Assembly: GCA_963782495.1 (NCBI GenBank)
Contig: CAWAJU010000005.1
Coordinates: 204,260 to 268,259 of the forward strand
Direction: 5' to 3'
DNA length: 64,000 nt
Origin: an uncultured beta proteobacterium
GTDB taxonomy: Bacteria > Pseudomonadota > Gammaproteobacteria > Burkholderiales > Thiobacillaceae
The notes below the pieces were generated by a model, which saw only the letters and a program-made list of their open reading frames with translations, searched no databases and was not told the DNA's origin. This document shows positions 42,811 through 54,784 of this stretch, in pieces. Position numbers and translations under genes: made by a program. The first letter of the stretch is position 1; each line of letters opens with the position of its first letter.

Positions 42811-43323
42811 ATGAGGAGAAGGCTATATTTCATGGTTCCCGACCTCGCCAGTGTCAGGCATATTCGCGATGAATTGCTGTTGAACCTGATCGAGGATCCT
42901 CACATTCATGTCTTGGCCAAGGATGGTGTGCCTTTGGAAGGCCTGCACGAAGCCAGCATCCTGCAAAAGACCGATGTCGTGCATGGCGCCGAAACCGGCC
43001 TGGCGATAGGCGGCGGACTCGGCATACTGGCCGGTGTGGTGGCTATACTGTTTCCGCCCGCCGGCGTCAGCGTACAGTTGGTGGTGATCCTGGTCACCGC
43101 ATTGATTGGTGCTGCGTTTGGCGCCTGGGTATCCAGCATGGTGGCCTCGTCGATCCCCAATTCGAGGCTCAAGACTTTTGAATCGGCCATCGAATCCGGC
43201 CGAGTGTTGATGATGGTCGATGTACCCGCAAGCCGCGTCGACGAAATCAAACGATTGGTGAGCAGCCACCACCCCGAGACCAGCGGCAGCATGATGGAAC
43301 CCACCATACCGGCATTCCCCTGA
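42811..43323 (+). CDS. Membrane protein (DUF1269-like, hypothetical)
   Basis: 170 aa with glycine-rich TM segments (GLAIGGGLGILAGVVA). GGAGAA SD-like sequence upstream. Confidence 0.6.
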   Translation: MRRRLYFMVPDLASVRHIRDELLLNLIEDPHIHVLAKDGVPLEGLHEASILQKTDVVHGAETGLAIGGGLGILAGVVAILFPPAGVSVQLVVILVTALIGAAFGAWVSSMVASSIPNSRLKTFESAIESGRVLMMVDVPASRVDEIKRLVSSHHPETSGSMMEPTIPAFP

Positions 43324-43333
43324 CACCCTCCCC

Positions 43334-43357
43334 GCCGCAGATACTCTGCGGCTTTTT
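43334..43357 (+). terminator. Rho-independent terminator between convergent genes
   Basis: GCCGCAG-ATACT-CTGCGGC followed by TTTTT. Confidence 0.6.
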
Positions 43358-43366
43358 GGAAGCGCT

Positions 43367-44437
43367 CTATGCTTCCAGCACGGCAGGCGCAAAACCTGCC
43401 GTTGTTTTGTCCAGTTTCCAGTTGACCTGTTCGCCAGCACGCATGGGGATCAGCAACTGGCCACCCAAGTCCATTGTCTCTGGCACCGTCCAGCTTTGTC
43501 TTCTCAGAGTGATTGTTTCGGGGTTGCGCGGTAGGCCATAGAAATCCGCGCCGTAATGGCTGGCAAATGCTTCCAGCTTGTCCAGTGCATCAGCGACCTC
43601 GAAGACCTCTGCGTACAGTTCGATTGCTGCATGAGCGGTATAGATGCCGGCGCAGCCGCAAGACGACTCCTTGGCAGTTTGCGCATGCGGTGCCGAATCG
43701 GTACCAAGAAAGAATTTCGCATTGCCCGAGGTCGCGGCCTGGATCAAAGCCTCTCGATGCGCTTCGCGTTTGAGCACCGGCAAGCAGTAGTAATGGGGAC
43801 GTATGCCACCGCGAAACATGGCATTACGGTTGAAGAGCAAGTGATGTATGGTGATCGTGGCTGCCACATTGGCAGGGCTTGCCCGGACAAATTCAGCCGC
43901 CTGCGTGGTGGTGATGTGTTCCAGCACGATCTTCAGCCTGGGAAAATCCTTCAGCAGACGGGTGAGGTGGCGTTCGATGAACACAGCTTCCCGGTCGAAC
44001 ACGTCCACCTCAGTATCCGTGACTTCGCCATGCAGCAGCAGCGGCATCTTGTGCTCTTCCATCGCAGCAATCGCAGGATAGGCCTTGCTCAACTCGGTTA
44101 CGCCTGAATCGGAATGGGTGGTGGCGCCTGCAGGATAGTATTTCACCGCATGGACGATGCCGCTTCGACTGGCACGAACAATTTCCTCTGGACTGGTATT
44201 GTCCGTCAGATACAAAGTCATGAGCGGCTTGAATTTCGTTCCTGCAGGCAGGGCAGAGAAGATACGGTCCCTGTACCCTGCCGCCAATTCGACGGTGGTT
44301 ACCGGTGGCTTCAGGTTGGGCATGACGATGGCCCGGGCAAAACGCCGAGCTGTATCGGGCAACACTGCCGCCATTGCCTCTCCATCCCGCAAGTGGAGAT
44401 GCCAGTCGTCGGGACGGCCGATAGTCAATTCATTCAT
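43367..44437 (-). CDS. pyrC: Dihydroorotase (homodimeric type)
   Basis: 356 aa. Contains [10 protein letters not shown] and [12 protein letters not shown] motifs. Confidence 0.93.
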   Translation of the reverse strand: MNELTIGRPDDWHLHLRDGEAMAAVLPDTARRFARAIVMPNLKPPVTTVELAAGYRDRIFSALPAGTKFKPLMTLYLTDNTSPEEIVRASRSGIVHAVKYYPAGATTHSDSGVTELSKAYPAIAAMEEHKMPLLLHGEVTDTEVDVFDREAVFIERHLTRLLKDFPRLKIVLEHITTTQAAEFVRASPANVAATITIHHLLFNRNAMFRGGIRPHYYCLPVLKREAHREALIQAATSGNAKFFLGTDSAPHAQTAKESSCGCAGIYTAHAAIELYAEVFEVADALDKLEAFASHYGADFYGLPRNPETITLRRQSWTVPETMDLGGQLLIPMRAGEQVNWKLDKTTAGFAPAVLEA

Positions 44438-45300
44438 TCAACTCTTTCCTGCTTCATGCCCAGGGCCAGGTCATACAAGGAATTCTTCTTTGCGCCAGTC
44501 AGCCGGGCGGCCAAACTCGCGGCCCGGCTCACCGGCAATTCTTCCAGCAGCAGGCTCAGTACCCGCTTGTGTTCCATTTCATCCTGATTGCAGTCTTGCG
44601 GCGCACCGGAAAGGATCAGGACAAACTCCCCCCTCTGCCGATTGGGGTCCTCAACCAGCCAGTTCTCCGCTGCGCCCAGCGGCAAGGTATGAATCTGCTC
44701 GAAGCGTTTGCTCAATTCCCGCGCAATGGTCAGGGTTCGGTCCGGACCCAATACCATCGTCATATCTGCCACGGTCGTGGCAATCCGGTGCGGGGACTCG
44801 TAAAATACCAGGCCAAAAGGCAGATCCCGAACCGCAGACAAGGCTTTGCTACGCGCTTCGTCTTTCGCGGGCAGAAACCCGTAGAACAACCAGTGCTCAA
44901 ATAATTGCCCGCTGACGGACAAGGCTGCCATTGCCGCGCTGGGGCCTGGAACTGGAATCACGGCGAGCTTGGCCCGATCTACCGCAGCCACCAGCCGAGC
45001 TCCCGGATCCGACACGGCAGGCGTACCTGCGTCAGTCACATAGGCGACAACCTGACCGGCGCGGATGCGCTCTATGATTCCTTCTGCCGCCTGTTGTTCG
45101 TTGTGCTCACGCACTGATACCATTTCCTTGCGCAGACCAAAGTGATCCAGCAACACCCGGCTCACCCGGGTATCCTCCGCCGCTACGCAATCGGCCTGCT
45201 TCAACACTTCCAGCGCACGCAGGGTGATGTCCCCAAGATTTCCGATCGGGGTGGCAACTACATATAATCCGGGCATCAATCCCATTTGCATCTGACTCAC
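44434..45300 (-). CDS. rsmI: 16S rRNA (cytidine1402-2'-O)-methyltransferase
   Basis: 288 aa. Contains [22 protein letters not shown]...AAEDTR. Confidence 0.92.
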   Translation of the reverse strand: MSQMQMGLMPGLYVVATPIGNLGDITLRALEVLKQADCVAAEDTRVSRVLLDHFGLRKEMVSVREHNEQQAAEGIIERIRAGQVVAYVTDAGTPAVSDPGARLVAAVDRAKLAVIPVPGPSAAMAALSVSGQLFEHWLFYGFLPAKDEARSKALSAVRDLPFGLVFYESPHRIATTVADMTMVLGPDRTLTIARELSKRFEQIHTLPLGAAENWLVEDPNRQRGEFVLILSGAPQDCNQDEMEHKRVLSLLLEELPVSRAASLAARLTGAKKNSLYDLALGMKQERVE

Positions 45301-45314
45301 CTTGCCATTTTCTC

Positions 45315-45668
45315 ATGTTGCGACAACTCCTCGGAAAATTCGCTGAGGGCAGGGCGGAGGCACACCTGAAAGCCCAGGGGCTGGGCTTGGTGGCGCGTAA
45401 CGTGCGCAGCCGCTTTGGTGAAATCGACCTCATCATGCGCGACGGCGACGTGCTGGTTTTTGTCGAAGTGCGTAGCCGCAGTCGCAACGATTTTGGCAGC
45501 GCCGCCGATAGCATCACGCCGGCCAAACAGCGTCGCATTGTGCTCGCGGCGCGTGAGTATCTGGCCCGACAGCCTGGGTATCCGGTCTGCCGGTTTGATG
45601 TGGTAACCATGGACGGCACGCGCAACGATCCAGTGTGGATCAGGAATGCCTTCGGCGATATGGGATAA
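45315..45668 (+). CDS. yraN: YraN-family (UPF0102) endonuclease-like protein
   Basis: 117 aa. Contains GEIDLIMRDGDVLVFVEVRSR, divergent from rsmI as in many proteobacteria. Confidence 0.85.
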   Translation: MLRQLLGKFAEGRAEAHLKAQGLGLVARNVRSRFGEIDLIMRDGDVLVFVEVRSRSRNDFGSAADSITPAKQRRIVLAAREYLARQPGYPVCRFDVVTMDGTRNDPVWIRNAFGDMG

Positions 45669-45675
45669 TAATCAA

Positions 45676-46266
45676 ATGGATTTGATCGAACGCATCCAGG
45701 GCCATTTCGAGCAATCGGCCCGCCTCAAGCTGGAAACGGCCGCGCTGCTTGCCGTGCCCATAGCCCGAGCGGCAGACCGCATCCTGCAATGTGTGATGAG
45801 CGACGGCAAGGTGTTGGCCTGCGGCAATGGCGGATCGGCCGCGGACTCCCAGCATTTTGCCTCGGAGATGGTAAACCGATTTGAGCAGGAACGCCCTGGC
45901 CTGGCTGCCATTGCGCTTACCACCGACACGTCCACACTCACCTCGATCGCGAATGATTACGCCTATCATCAGGTGTTCGCCCGCCAGGTCTCGGCGCTGG
46001 GGCATCCAGGCGATGTGCTGCTGGCCATTTCCACCAGCGGCAATTCCGACAGCGTGGTGCGGGCCGCTCAGGTTGCGCGCGAGCGTGACATGAGCGTGAT
46101 CGCACTAACCGGTCGAGACGGCGGAAGTCTTGCGGAACAAATGAGCGACAGCGACATTCTTATCTGCGTGCCGGCAGACAACACCGCCCGCATACAGGAA
46201 ATTCATTTATTAACCATCCACTGCCTCTGCGATGTAGTGGATAGCGTCTTGCTGGGAGTAGCTTAA
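45676..46266 (+). CDS. SIS-domain protein (phosphoheptose isomerase / DiaA-like)
   Basis: Start at MDLIERIQGHFEQS. Contains GNGGSAADSQHFASE and ISTSGNS motifs. Sits in the yraN-diaA-dolP-type neighbourhood. Confidence 0.85.
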   Translation: MDLIERIQGHFEQSARLKLETAALLAVPIARAADRILQCVMSDGKVLACGNGGSAADSQHFASEMVNRFEQERPGLAAIALTTDTSTLTSIANDYAYHQVFARQVSALGHPGDVLLAISTSGNSDSVVRAAQVARERDMSVIALTGRDGGSLAEQMSDSDILICVPADNTARIQEIHLLTIHCLCDVVDSVLLGVA

Positions 46267-46841
46267 TGCGCGGAATACTTTATTTGACCCTGATTGCGGC
46301 CCTCACCCCGGCCCTGAACGGCTGCGTGGCGGTGGTAGCGGGCGGCGCCGCCGCGACCGGATTCTTGATGGCCGAGGATCGGCGCAAGACCGGCGTTTAT
46401 CTGCAAGACGAGGAAATCGAATTGCACGGCATGAATCGCGTGCACGAATTGTTTCCCCAGGCCTCGGTCAACGTGAGCGTCACCAGTTACAACCACAATG
46501 TATTGCTTACCGGCCAGGCTCCCGACGAGTCCACCAAAGCGAAGGTGGAAGAGTCGATCAAGGGCATTGCGAACGTCCACACGGTGTACGACGAAATCAC
46601 GATCTCGGGCGTGCCTTCCCTGACTTCCGCTGCCAATGACAGCGCGATCACCACGAAGATCAAGGCCAAGCTGCTGGATGGCAAGGGCGTGAACTTTAAC
46701 CATGTCAAGGTCGTGACCGAGGCCGGCGTGGTCTACCTCATGGGCCTGTTGACCCATGCAGAGGGGGAAGAGGCCGCCGAAGTTGCCGCCCACACCGGCG
46801 GCGTGGTACGGGTGGTGAAGGTGATCGAATACATCGACTGA
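46266..46841 (+). CDS. BON-domain lipoprotein (DolP/YraP-like)
   Basis: 191 aa with lipobox LNGC and two BON-like repeats. Confidence 0.8.
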   Translation: MRGILYLTLIAALTPALNGCVAVVAGGAAATGFLMAEDRRKTGVYLQDEEIELHGMNRVHELFPQASVNVSVTSYNHNVLLTGQAPDESTKAKVEESIKGIANVHTVYDEITISGVPSLTSAANDSAITTKIKAKLLDGKGVNFNHVKVVTEAGVVYLMGLLTHAEGEEAAEVAAHTGGVVRVVKVIEYID

Positions 46842-46854
46842 CCAAGGCGCGGGT

Positions 46855-47361
46855 GTGAAGCATGAGCTGGAATCCCATTCGGCTGCGCCACCGGCGTTCG
46901 AGGCCAAGATCGCCCACCCGGCTGGTCTGGCGGCACGCCTGAGCACCCTGCCCCGGCCTCTGGTTTTTACCAACGGCTGTTTCGATATTCTGCACCGTGG
47001 CCATGTCAGCTATCTCTCCCAGGCGCGGGGCTTGGGAGCCAGTCTGGTCGTGGGCGTCAACACGGATGCATCGGTGCAGCGTCAGAACAAGGGCGACGAC
47101 CGGCCGATCAACACGCTGGCAGACCGCTTGGCAGTGCTGGCCGCGCTGGAGTCCGTGTCCCTGGTCGTACCGTTTGATGAAGACACGCCGCTCAATCTGA
47201 TCCTCGCCATCCATCCGGAGGTCCTGGTGAAGGGCGGCGACTGGCCGGTCGAAACCATAGTCGGCAGCCGCGAAGTCCTGGGCTGGGGCGGCCAGGTTCA
47301 TTCCATCCCATTCCTGCATGCGCGTTCCACCACGGCCCTGCTGAACAAGATCCGCACATGA
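46855..47361 (+). CDS. D-glycero-beta-D-manno-heptose 1-phosphate adenylyltransferase (RfaE domain II-like)
   Basis: 168 aa. Cytidylyltransferase motif [16 protein letters not shown]. Confidence 0.85.
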   Translation: MKHELESHSAAPPAFEAKIAHPAGLAARLSTLPRPLVFTNGCFDILHRGHVSYLSQARGLGASLVVGVNTDASVQRQNKGDDRPINTLADRLAVLAALESVSLVVPFDEDTPLNLILAIHPEVLVKGGDWPVETIVGSREVLGWGGQVHSIPFLHARSTTALLNKIRT

Positions 47362-48821
47362 ACTATGCCGACCTGAGAGACTTTGTCGCCCAACTGGAAC
47401 AGCGGGGTGAATTAAAAAGGGTCGCGCTGGAAGTTGATCCCAAGCTCGAAATGACCGAATTCTGCGATCGCATGCTCAAACAGGGCGGTCCGGCGATCCT
47501 GTTCGAGAAACCCAGAGGCCACAGCATGCCGGTGCTCGGCAACCTGTTCGGCACGGTTCAAAGAGTTGCACTGGGCATGGGCGAGGAAGATCCGGGCAAG
47601 TTGCGGGAAATCGGTCAGCTATTGGCCTATCTCAAAGAGCCTGAACCCCCCAGGGGACTCAAGGACGCCTGGGATAAACTCCCGATCCTCAAACAGGTGC
47701 TCAACATGGCGCCCAAGGAAGTGCGAACGGCGCCGTGCCAGGAAATCACCTGGGAAGGGGCCGACGTGGATCTTTCGCGCTTGCCGATTCAGACTTGCTG
47801 GCCGGGCGATGCCGGACCGCTGATCACCTGGGGGCTGGTGGTTACCAAAGGGCCGCACAAGGCTCGGCAAAATCTGGGCATCTATCGCCAACAGGTGATT
47901 GGCCCCAATCGCGTCATCATGCGTTGGCTCGCGCATCGCGGCGGCGCGCTGGATTTTCGCGACTTCCAGCAGGTCAGTCCGGCCAAGCCCTTCCCGGTGG
48001 CAGTCGTGTTGGGTGCGGATCCCGCCACGATTTTGGCTGCGGTCACACCAGTGCCGGATTCCTTATCCGAATACCAGTTCGCCGGCCTGCTGCGCGGCGC
48101 AAAGACCGAAGTGGTGAAATGCCTGGGCAGTGACTTGCAGGTGCCTTCCAGCACGGAGATCGTGCTGGAAGGCCACATTCATCCGGACGATATGGCTGCC
48201 GAGGGACCCTTTGGCGACCACACTGGTTACTACAACGAGGTGGAGAAATTTCCGGTGCTCACCATCGACCGCATCACGATGCGCACGAATCCCATCTATC
48301 ACTCCACCTACACGGGAAAACCGCCGGACGAACCAGCGATCCTCGGCGTGGCCTTGAACGAAGTGTTCGTGCCGCTGCTGCAAAAACAGTTTCCCGAAAT
48401 CACTGATTTCTATTTGCCGCCCGAAGGCTGCAGCTATCGCATGGCCGTGGTCAGCATGAAGAAGAGTTATCCCGGCCACGCCAAGCGCGTCATGTTCGGT
48501 GTGTGGAGTTTCCTGCGCCAGTTCATGTACACCAAATTCATCCTGGTGACCGACGATGACGTGAACGTGCGCGACTGGAAGGAAGTCATCTGGGCGCTGA
48601 CCACCCGGGTGGATCCGGTGCGCGACACGCTCATCGTGGAAAACACGCCGATCGATTATCTCGACTTCGCCAGCCCGGTATCAGGCCTGGGCAGCAAGAT
48701 GGGCATTGACGCCACCAACAAGTGGCCGGGCGAAACCCAGCGCGAATGGGGCACACCCATCAGCATGGATGAAGCGGTCAAGGAGCGCGTCGATGCGCTA
48801 TTTGACGAGCTGGGTCTTTAG
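47358..48821 (+). CDS. ubiD: 4-hydroxy-3-polyprenylbenzoate decarboxylase
   Basis: 487 aa with a strong UbiD match throughout. Confidence 0.93.
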   Translation: MNYADLRDFVAQLEQRGELKRVALEVDPKLEMTEFCDRMLKQGGPAILFEKPRGHSMPVLGNLFGTVQRVALGMGEEDPGKLREIGQLLAYLKEPEPPRGLKDAWDKLPILKQVLNMAPKEVRTAPCQEITWEGADVDLSRLPIQTCWPGDAGPLITWGLVVTKGPHKARQNLGIYRQQVIGPNRVIMRWLAHRGGALDFRDFQQVSPAKPFPVAVVLGADPATILAAVTPVPDSLSEYQFAGLLRGAKTEVVKCLGSDLQVPSSTEIVLEGHIHPDDMAAEGPFGDHTGYYNEVEKFPVLTIDRITMRTNPIYHSTYTGKPPDEPAILGVALNEVFVPLLQKQFPEITDFYLPPEGCSYRMAVVSMKKSYPGHAKRVMFGVWSFLRQFMYTKFILVTDDDVNVRDWKEVIWALTTRVDPVRDTLIVENTPIDYLDFASPVSGLGSKMGIDATNKWPGETQREWGTPISMDEAVKERVDALFDELGL

Positions 48822-50258
48822 GCCGCCCAATCTGTCCTCTGACTCCTGCCCCTGGTAAACCCATTCCAGCAGCGCATCCTGGGCATCCGTTCCACGCTCG
48901 GCCTTCAGATCGTTAATGAAGAAGACCACGATCCAGCGTCTACCATTCCGGTCGAGAACATAGCCCGCCACATTCTTGACATTGGCAAGCGTGCCGCTCT
49001 TGACATGAGCATGGCCAGCCACGTCGCCGTCTTGCGCACGGGTTTTCATGGTGCCGTCCACTGCCACGATGGGCAGGGACGATTCAAGTTCGGCAAATGC
49101 GGGCCCGCGCCACGCAAGCTGCAGCAACTTCGCCAAATTGATCGGCTGGAGACGTTCAATGCGCGACAGGCCGGCGCCGTTTTCCAGCACGATTCCCGAA
49201 GCATCGATGCCCTTTGATTTAAGCCACTCTCGCATGACCACGATGCTTTTTTCCAGCCTTGCGGGCGGACCTTTCTTTTCCGCGCCCAGCGTCAGGAACA
49301 GTTGGCGGGCCATTACGTTGTTGCTCCACTTGTTGATGCTGCGCAATACATCCGTCAGCGGCGGCGATTCGAAACGCATGACCAGCTTCGCGTTCGTGGG
49401 TACCAGGCCGGGATGAACGGTGCCGGTCAGCGTGCCGCCCTGATCGCCCCAAAGGGAGCGGAATAAGCCGGCCGTGGTTTCCAGGGGATCGCCCAGATTG
49501 ATGGCCATGATCTTTTCTCCGCACGCCAGGGCGTAATTGCCGGCCACGACCAGGCCCGGTGCGCGGCTATCACCTGCGTAGTCCACGTTCAGATGGTCGC
49601 GCCAGTTGTCGCAGGGACCCGCGTCGGGCTGAACATGATTCTCCAGCAATAGCGGAACAGGAAGAGGGTCGGCACTCGCGCCCACCACACCGTCCGTCGC
49701 GTTGAGACGCAGCTGGGTGGAATTGAAATTGGCCAGTAGTGCTGAAGGTGGCGTGTTGTAGGCGCGCCGCGGATCGCCGTCAAAACGGGCAGGGTCGGCC
49801 GGGTCATCGGGAAAGAAGCTCGCATCCAGCAAGACATCGCCGTGTATGTCACGAATGCCGCGCGACTTCAGTTCCCGCAATAGCAGCCAGAACCGCTCCA
49901 GAGTCAGCGATGGATCGCCATAGCCCTTCAGATATAGGTTGCCATCGAGGACGCCCTGGTCGGCGTGCCCGTCCGCATAGACCTCGGTTTTCCATGTATA
50001 GGCCGGGCCCAGGAGATCAAGACCCGCATAAGTGGTGAGCAGTTTCATCACCGAGGCCGGATTGAAACTGGACAGGGCCTTGTGCGCAAGCAGGGGCTCG
50101 GGTTGTCCGACTTCCCACACCACCACCCCGACATGCGAAGCCGGAATGCCGGCCTGCCTGAGGGCAACAATTACAGGGGTCGGAAGGTCGCCATGGGGAG
50201 CTGCATGCGCTCCACCTAGACACAGACAGCAAAGCAACAGCAGTATCATGCGGGCCAT
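48798..50258 (-). CDS. dacB: D-alanyl-D-alanine carboxypeptidase/endopeptidase (PBP4)
   Basis: Start at [19 protein letters not shown] (signal peptide). SVMK, SNN and KSGT motifs. Confidence 0.88.
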   Translation of the reverse strand: MARMILLLLCCLCLGGAHAAPHGDLPTPVIVALRQAGIPASHVGVVVWEVGQPEPLLAHKALSSFNPASVMKLLTTYAGLDLLGPAYTWKTEVYADGHADQGVLDGNLYLKGYGDPSLTLERFWLLLRELKSRGIRDIHGDVLLDASFFPDDPADPARFDGDPRRAYNTPPSALLANFNSTQLRLNATDGVVGASADPLPVPLLLENHVQPDAGPCDNWRDHLNVDYAGDSRAPGLVVAGNYALACGEKIMAINLGDPLETTAGLFRSLWGDQGGTLTGTVHPGLVPTNAKLVMRFESPPLTDVLRSINKWSNNVMARQLFLTLGAEKKGPPARLEKSIVVMREWLKSKGIDASGIVLENGAGLSRIERLQPINLAKLLQLAWRGPAFAELESSLPIVAVDGTMKTRAQDGDVAGHAHVKSGTLANVKNVAGYVLDRNGRRWIVVFFINDLKAERGTDAQDALLEWVYQGQESEDRLGGLKTQLVK

Positions 50259-50290
50259 GAACGAATTATGGCCGGAATTGAATCGTGTGT

Positions 50291-51319
50291 TCAGGACAAG
50301 TCGTTCACGTACCAATCCATCGCTTCTGCCAACCCTTCCGCCATCTGGTGGGTAGGCTCATACCCAAGCAAGGTGCGAGCCTTGCTCACGTCGGCCTGCG
50401 AGTGGCGCACGTCGCCGGGGCGGAAGTCGCGGTAAGTGGGTTTGAAATTTTCCAGGTGCGGAAATCGCGGCACCAGATTGACCCGGATAGCTTCGAACAG
50501 ATCGTTGAGCGTGGTCCGGCCCCCCACAGCAACGTTGTAGACCTGATTCACCGCATCGGGATTCTCTGTCATGGCCGATAGGACGTTGGCCTGGATGACG
50601 TTGTCGATGTAACAGAAATCCCGGCTGGTCTCGCCGTCGCCATTTACATACACCGGCAGGTTGCGGATCAGGCTGGCAATCCAGAGGGGAATAACTGCGG
50701 CATAGGCACCATTGGGGTCCTGGCGGCGACCGAAAATGTTGAAGTAGCGCAGGCCGATGGATTGGGTGCCGTAGGTGCTGGCAAACACGTCGGCATAAAG
50801 TTCGTTCACATATTTCGTGACAGCGTAGGGTGACAGGGGCTTGCCGATCTGGTCCTCGACCTTGGGAAGCCCCGGATGATCGCCATAGGTGGAACTGGAT
50901 GCCGCATAGACAAAGCGCTTGCAACCCGCATCCCGACTCGCTACCAGCATGTTCACAAAGCCCGTGATGTTGGACGCATTGGTTAGCAGGGGATCTTCGA
51001 TCGAACGCGGTACCGAGCCCAGGGCGGCCTGATGCAGCACGTAGTCGACGCCGGCGCAAGCCTGGCGGCAGTCGTCCTGCGCGCGGATGTCACCGAACAG
51101 GAAACGGAAATTCTCCCATTTGGCCGCCCCGACACTGTCCCGGACCTGATCCAGATTCTTCTGGTGGCCGGTGGCGAAGTTGTCCAGGCCCACGACCGAC
51201 TGGCCCAGATTGAGCAGCGCCTCCGCCAGATTGCAGCCGATGAAACCAGCCACCCCGGTGACCAGCCAGGTCTTGGGGGCAGCCTGCAGCGCGCCACATA
51301 CCTCAGTGTAGCGCGACAT
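50291..51319 (-). CDS. NAD-dependent UDP-sugar 4-epimerase (WbpP/TviC-like)
   Basis: Start at MSRYTEV. Contains [15 protein letters not shown] and YAVTK motifs. Confidence 0.85.
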   Translation of the reverse strand: MSRYTEVCGALQAAPKTWLVTGVAGFIGCNLAEALLNLGQSVVGLDNFATGHQKNLDQVRDSVGAAKWENFRFLFGDIRAQDDCRQACAGVDYVLHQAALGSVPRSIEDPLLTNASNITGFVNMLVASRDAGCKRFVYAASSSTYGDHPGLPKVEDQIGKPLSPYAVTKYVNELYADVFASTYGTQSIGLRYFNIFGRRQDPNGAYAAVIPLWIASLIRNLPVYVNGDGETSRDFCYIDNVIQANVLSAMTENPDAVNQVYNVAVGGRTTLNDLFEAIRVNLVPRFPHLENFKPTYRDFRPGDVRHSQADVSKARTLLGYEPTHQMAEGLAEAMDWYVNDLS

Positions 51320-52599
51320 CACAGCCTCCAGAGCTTGAAGCCGGCGCCCGATACCTTGGCCGGATCGTGCGCGCACTTCACGTCGGTAAAGACCCCGCCG
51401 CGTTTGAGTCGGGCGGTCAGTTCATCAAAAGGCTGATCCAGGTAAGACTTGTGGGCCACGGCGGCAACGATGGCATGGCACTCGGGCAGATCCTCCCATC
51501 GGGTCAGGCGGATGCCGTACTCGTGTTCTGCCTCGCGCGACTCGCCGAGCGGATCATGGACACTCACCTCGCAACCGAAGGATTGCAGTTCCCGGACCAC
51601 ATCCACCACCTTGGAATTGCGCAGGTCCGGGCAGTTTTCCTTGAACGTCAGGCCCAGCACATTAACCTGTGCACCCCTCACCTGCACCCCATTGCCGATC
51701 ATCTGCTTGACCGTCTGCTGGGCGACATAGGCGCCCATGCCATCATTGATGCGCCGCCCGGCCAGAATCACCTGCGGGTGATAGCCCAACATGTCGGCCT
51801 TGTGGGTAAGGTAGTACGGGTCCACGCCAATGCAATGCCCTCCCACCAGGCCCGGACGGAAAGGCAGGAAATTCCACTTGGTGCCCGCTGCCTGCAACAC
51901 TTCCAGCGTATCGATGTCCATCTTGTGGAAGATCAGCGCCAGCTCGTTCATCAACGCGATGTTCAGGTCCCGCTGGGTGTTTTCGATGACCTTGGCCGCC
52001 TCGGCAACCTTGATGGAGGTGGCCTTGTGCACGCCGACGGTGATCACGCTGGCATACAGCGCCGCCACCTTTTCCAGGGTGTCCGCATCGTCCCCGGACA
52101 CCACCTTCTTGATCCGGGTGATGGTGTGTTCCTTGTCGCCTGGGTTCACCCGTTCGGGCGAGTAGCCGACATGAAAGTCCCGCATCCATTTCATGCCGGA
52201 ATGCTTCTCCAGAATCGGGATGCAGACTTCTTCGGTAGCGCCGGGATAGACGGTCGATTCATACACCACCGTCGCGCCTTTCTTCATGTGCTTGCCCACC
52301 GTCGTGGATGAGCCCACCAAGGGAGAAAAATCCGGGATATGTGCCTCATCCACGGGGGTGGGCACCGCGACGATGATGAAATCCGCGCGCGCCAGTTCGG
52401 CAGGATCAGTCGTCACTCTCAAGCGGGTTGCGGCTTGAAGAGCCTCGGTTGAAACTTCTCCGGTCGGGTCGCAGTACCGCCGGTAGTGATCGATCTTTTC
52501 CGCGGACAGATCATAACCGATGGTGTCATACTGCTTGCCGAATTCCGCCGCCAGGGGCAAACCCACATACCCCAGACCAACCACAGCCACTGTGCTCAT
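51319..52599 (-). CDS. Nucleotide-sugar (UDP-N-acetylhexosamine) 6-dehydrogenase (WbpO/TviB-like)
   Basis: ORF 51319..53100 trimmed to [17 protein letters not shown] (426 aa). [11 protein letters not shown] catalytic-Cys motif. Confidence 0.88.
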   Translation of the reverse strand: MSTVAVVGLGYVGLPLAAEFGKQYDTIGYDLSAEKIDHYRRYCDPTGEVSTEALQAATRLRVTTDPAELARADFIIVAVPTPVDEAHIPDFSPLVGSSTTVGKHMKKGATVVYESTVYPGATEEVCIPILEKHSGMKWMRDFHVGYSPERVNPGDKEHTITRIKKVVSGDDADTLEKVAALYASVITVGVHKATSIKVAEAAKVIENTQRDLNIALMNELALIFHKMDIDTLEVLQAAGTKWNFLPFRPGLVGGHCIGVDPYYLTHKADMLGYHPQVILAGRRINDGMGAYVAQQTVKQMIGNGVQVRGAQVNVLGLTFKENCPDLRNSKVVDVVRELQSFGCEVSVHDPLGESREAEHEYGIRLTRWEDLPECHAIVAAVAHKSYLDQPFDELTARLKRGGVFTDVKCAHDPAKVSGAGFKLWRL

Positions 52600-52614
52600 T
52601 AGAAAGATCTCCCG

Positions 52615-53463
52615 ATGCTGAACAAACTGTTTCGTCCGGTGCAATTCTACCCAAGGTTGACAAGAAACCCGATTAGACGGCCAACATATATTGATTGCCT
52701 TGTGCGCAAAGCCTGGGCCAGCTTGCTGCTCGGACTGGTTCTTGCATTGCCTGCGCGGGCAGATGTGGCGGATACCCTGATCCGGGTCAAGGCCGGCGTC
52801 GTGGGCATAGGCACCTACCAGCCCGGTCGCAGTCCGAGCGGGCAACTCAAGGGCACCGGTTTCGTAGTCGGAGACGGCCAGACCATCGCCACCTGCTATC
52901 ACATCGTCAAACCCCTGCTTGACGTGGCCCACAACGAAACGTGGGCGGTATTTGTCGGTCAGGGCCGGGAAGTCCATTACCGCGTGGCCAAGGTGACCGC
53001 CACCGATCCCGCGCATGATCTGGCGCTGTTGCGCTTCGAGGGCAATGCCCTGCCCGCCCTGAAATTGGGCGACATGGACCAGATCCGCGAGGGCGACCAA
53101 CTCTATTTCACGGGCTATCCGATAGGCTCAATATTGGGCTTGTATGCAGCCACACACCGGGCCGGTCTCGCGGCCATTGTCCCCATCTACACGCCGCTGC
53201 CGCGAGCCAGCGAGTTGAATGCCCGCACCATCCGCCAGGCCTCCGACCCATTTCGCGTTTTCCAGCTCGACGCCATCGCCTATCCGGGCAACAGCGGTAG
53301 TCCTTTGTGGCAGCCGGAAAGCGGTGTCGTCATGGGCGTGGTGAATTCAGTCTTTGTCAAAGGTTCAAAAGAAGCCGCACTTACCAACCCCAGCGGGATT
53401 TCTTTCGCGATTCCGGTCGATCATGTCCGCGCATTGATGGATCGGGCCGGAGCGTACAAGTAG
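52615..53463 (+). CDS. Trypsin-like (S1C) serine protease, secreted
   Basis: His (ATCYHIV), Asp (DLALLRF) and Ser (GNSGSPLW) triad context. The start may be GTG 52702, just before the signal-like WASLLLGLVLALPARA. Confidence 0.75.
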   Translation: MLNKLFRPVQFYPRLTRNPIRRPTYIDCLVRKAWASLLLGLVLALPARADVADTLIRVKAGVVGIGTYQPGRSPSGQLKGTGFVVGDGQTIATCYHIVKPLLDVAHNETWAVFVGQGREVHYRVAKVTATDPAHDLALLRFEGNALPALKLGDMDQIREGDQLYFTGYPIGSILGLYAATHRAGLAAIVPIYTPLPRASELNARTIRQASDPFRVFQLDAIAYPGNSGSPLWQPESGVVMGVVNSVFVKGSKEAALTNPSGISFAIPVDHVRALMDRAGAYK

Positions 53464-53479
53464 GGCGTAATGCGACACC

Positions 53480-54784
53480 CTATTCAACCCGGTTGAGCAG
53501 GTCCAGAGCGGTCGTCGCCATCAGCTGCATCTGCTCCCCGTCGACAATATAGGGGGGCATGAAGTAGACCGCATTGCCTATGGGCCGCATCAACACCCCG
53601 AGGTCCAGGGCCTGCAGGTGCCAGCGTAGCGAGAAGCCGGGTTGCGCATCCTTTACATCGAATGCCCAAATCATGCCCAGATGGCGGAAGAAGCTTACCC
53701 GCGGATGGGCTGACACCTCTGCCAGCAGTTCCTGGAAGATCGCCGCTTTGGCCCGGTTGGCGTCCAATACCTGGTCCGATTCGAATATGTCCAGCACTGC
53801 GCACGCTGCGCGGCAAGCCAGCGGGTTGCCGGTATAGGAATGGGAATGGAGAAAGCCTCTGGCGGTTGCGTCCCCGTAGAACGCGGCATAGATATCATCC
53901 GTAGTCTGCACACAGGACAAGGGCAGATAGCCCCCAGTGATGCCCTTGGACAGGCAGAGAAAGTCGGGGCGGACGTTTGCCTGTTCGCAGGCAAACAAGG
54001 TGCCGGTGCGGCCAAACCCAACCGCGATTTCATCGGCAATCAGATGGACCTGGTAGCGATCGCAAATTTCCCGTGCCCGGCCCAGGTAGATCGGGTGATA
54101 CATGGCCATCCCGGCGGCACCCTGGACCAAGGGTTCGAGGATTAAGGCTGCGGTGTCGTTTGCGCGCTCCGCAAGACAGACTTCCAAGGCGTTGGCTGCT
54201 CTCAGGGCGTAGGCGTCAGCGGATTCCCCCGTCTCGGCGCCTCGGAAATCCGGCGTTGGCACTTGCCGGGTGCGCCGCAACAGAGGCGCGTAAACGTCCC
54301 TGAACAAGGCCACGTCGGTGACGGACAGGGCGCCCACGGTTTCCCCGTGATAACCGTTCTTCAGGCTGATAAAGCCAATCTTGTCCGGCTTGCCGACGTT
54401 GCGCCAATAGTGAAAACTCATCTTCAGCGCGATTTCGGTCGCGCATGCGCCATCCGAGGCAAAGAACGCATGGCCCAGGCCGCTCAGCTGCGCAAGCCGC
54501 TCCGACAATTCCACTGCTGGCGGGTGCGTGCAGCCTGCGAGCATGACATGCTCGATTTTGCCGAGTTGGTCGACCAGAGCCGCATTGATGCGCGGATTGG
54601 CATGGCCGAACAGATTGACCCACCAACTGGAAATCGCATCGAGATAGCGCCTGCCCGATTCATCGATAAGCCACGCGCCCTCGCCCCGAACTATCGCCAG
54701 AGGGGGCGTTGATTCGAGCGCTTTCATCTGGGTGCAGGGATGCCAGAGAAACTGGCGCGAACGGGCCTGAAGCAAGCTGGGCAT
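53480..54784 (-). CDS. bioA: Adenosylmethionine-8-amino-7-oxononanoate aminotransferase
   Basis: ORF 53480..54934 trimmed to MPSLLQARSRQFLWHPCTQMK. Class-III aminotransferase with LSKGITGGYLPLS (PLP lysine). Confidence 0.9.
   Translation of the reverse strand: MPSLLQARSRQFLWHPCTQMKALESTPPLAIVRGEGAWLIDESGRRYLDAISSWWVNLFGHANPRINAALVDQLGKIEHVMLAGCTHPPAVELSERLAQLSGLGHAFFASDGACATEIALKMSFHYWRNVGKPDKIGFISLKNGYHGETVGALSVTDVALFRDVYAPLLRRTRQVPTPDFRGAETGESADAYALRAANALEVCLAERANDTAALILEPLVQGAAGMAMYHPIYLGRAREICDRYQVHLIADEIAVGFGRTGTLFACEQANVRPDFLCLSKGITGGYLPLSCVQTTDDIYAAFYGDATARGFLHSHSYTGNPLACRAACAVLDIFESDQVLDANRAKAAIFQELLAEVSAHPRVSFFRHLGMIWAFDVKDAQPGFSLRWHLQALDLGVLMRPIGNAVYFMPPYIVDGEQMQLMATTALDLLNRVE

Noticed and set aside
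51319-53100. 593-aa version of the sugar dehydrogenase ORF. Similar long 5' extensions exist for murG (to 32497), murD (to 35321), bioA (to 54934) and ftsZ (to 25468).
   Set aside because: The canonical N-termini (GxGxxG Rossmann start, MFELMD and so on) occur at internal start codons that abut or overlap the upstream gene's stop. The extensions overlap neighbouring genes.
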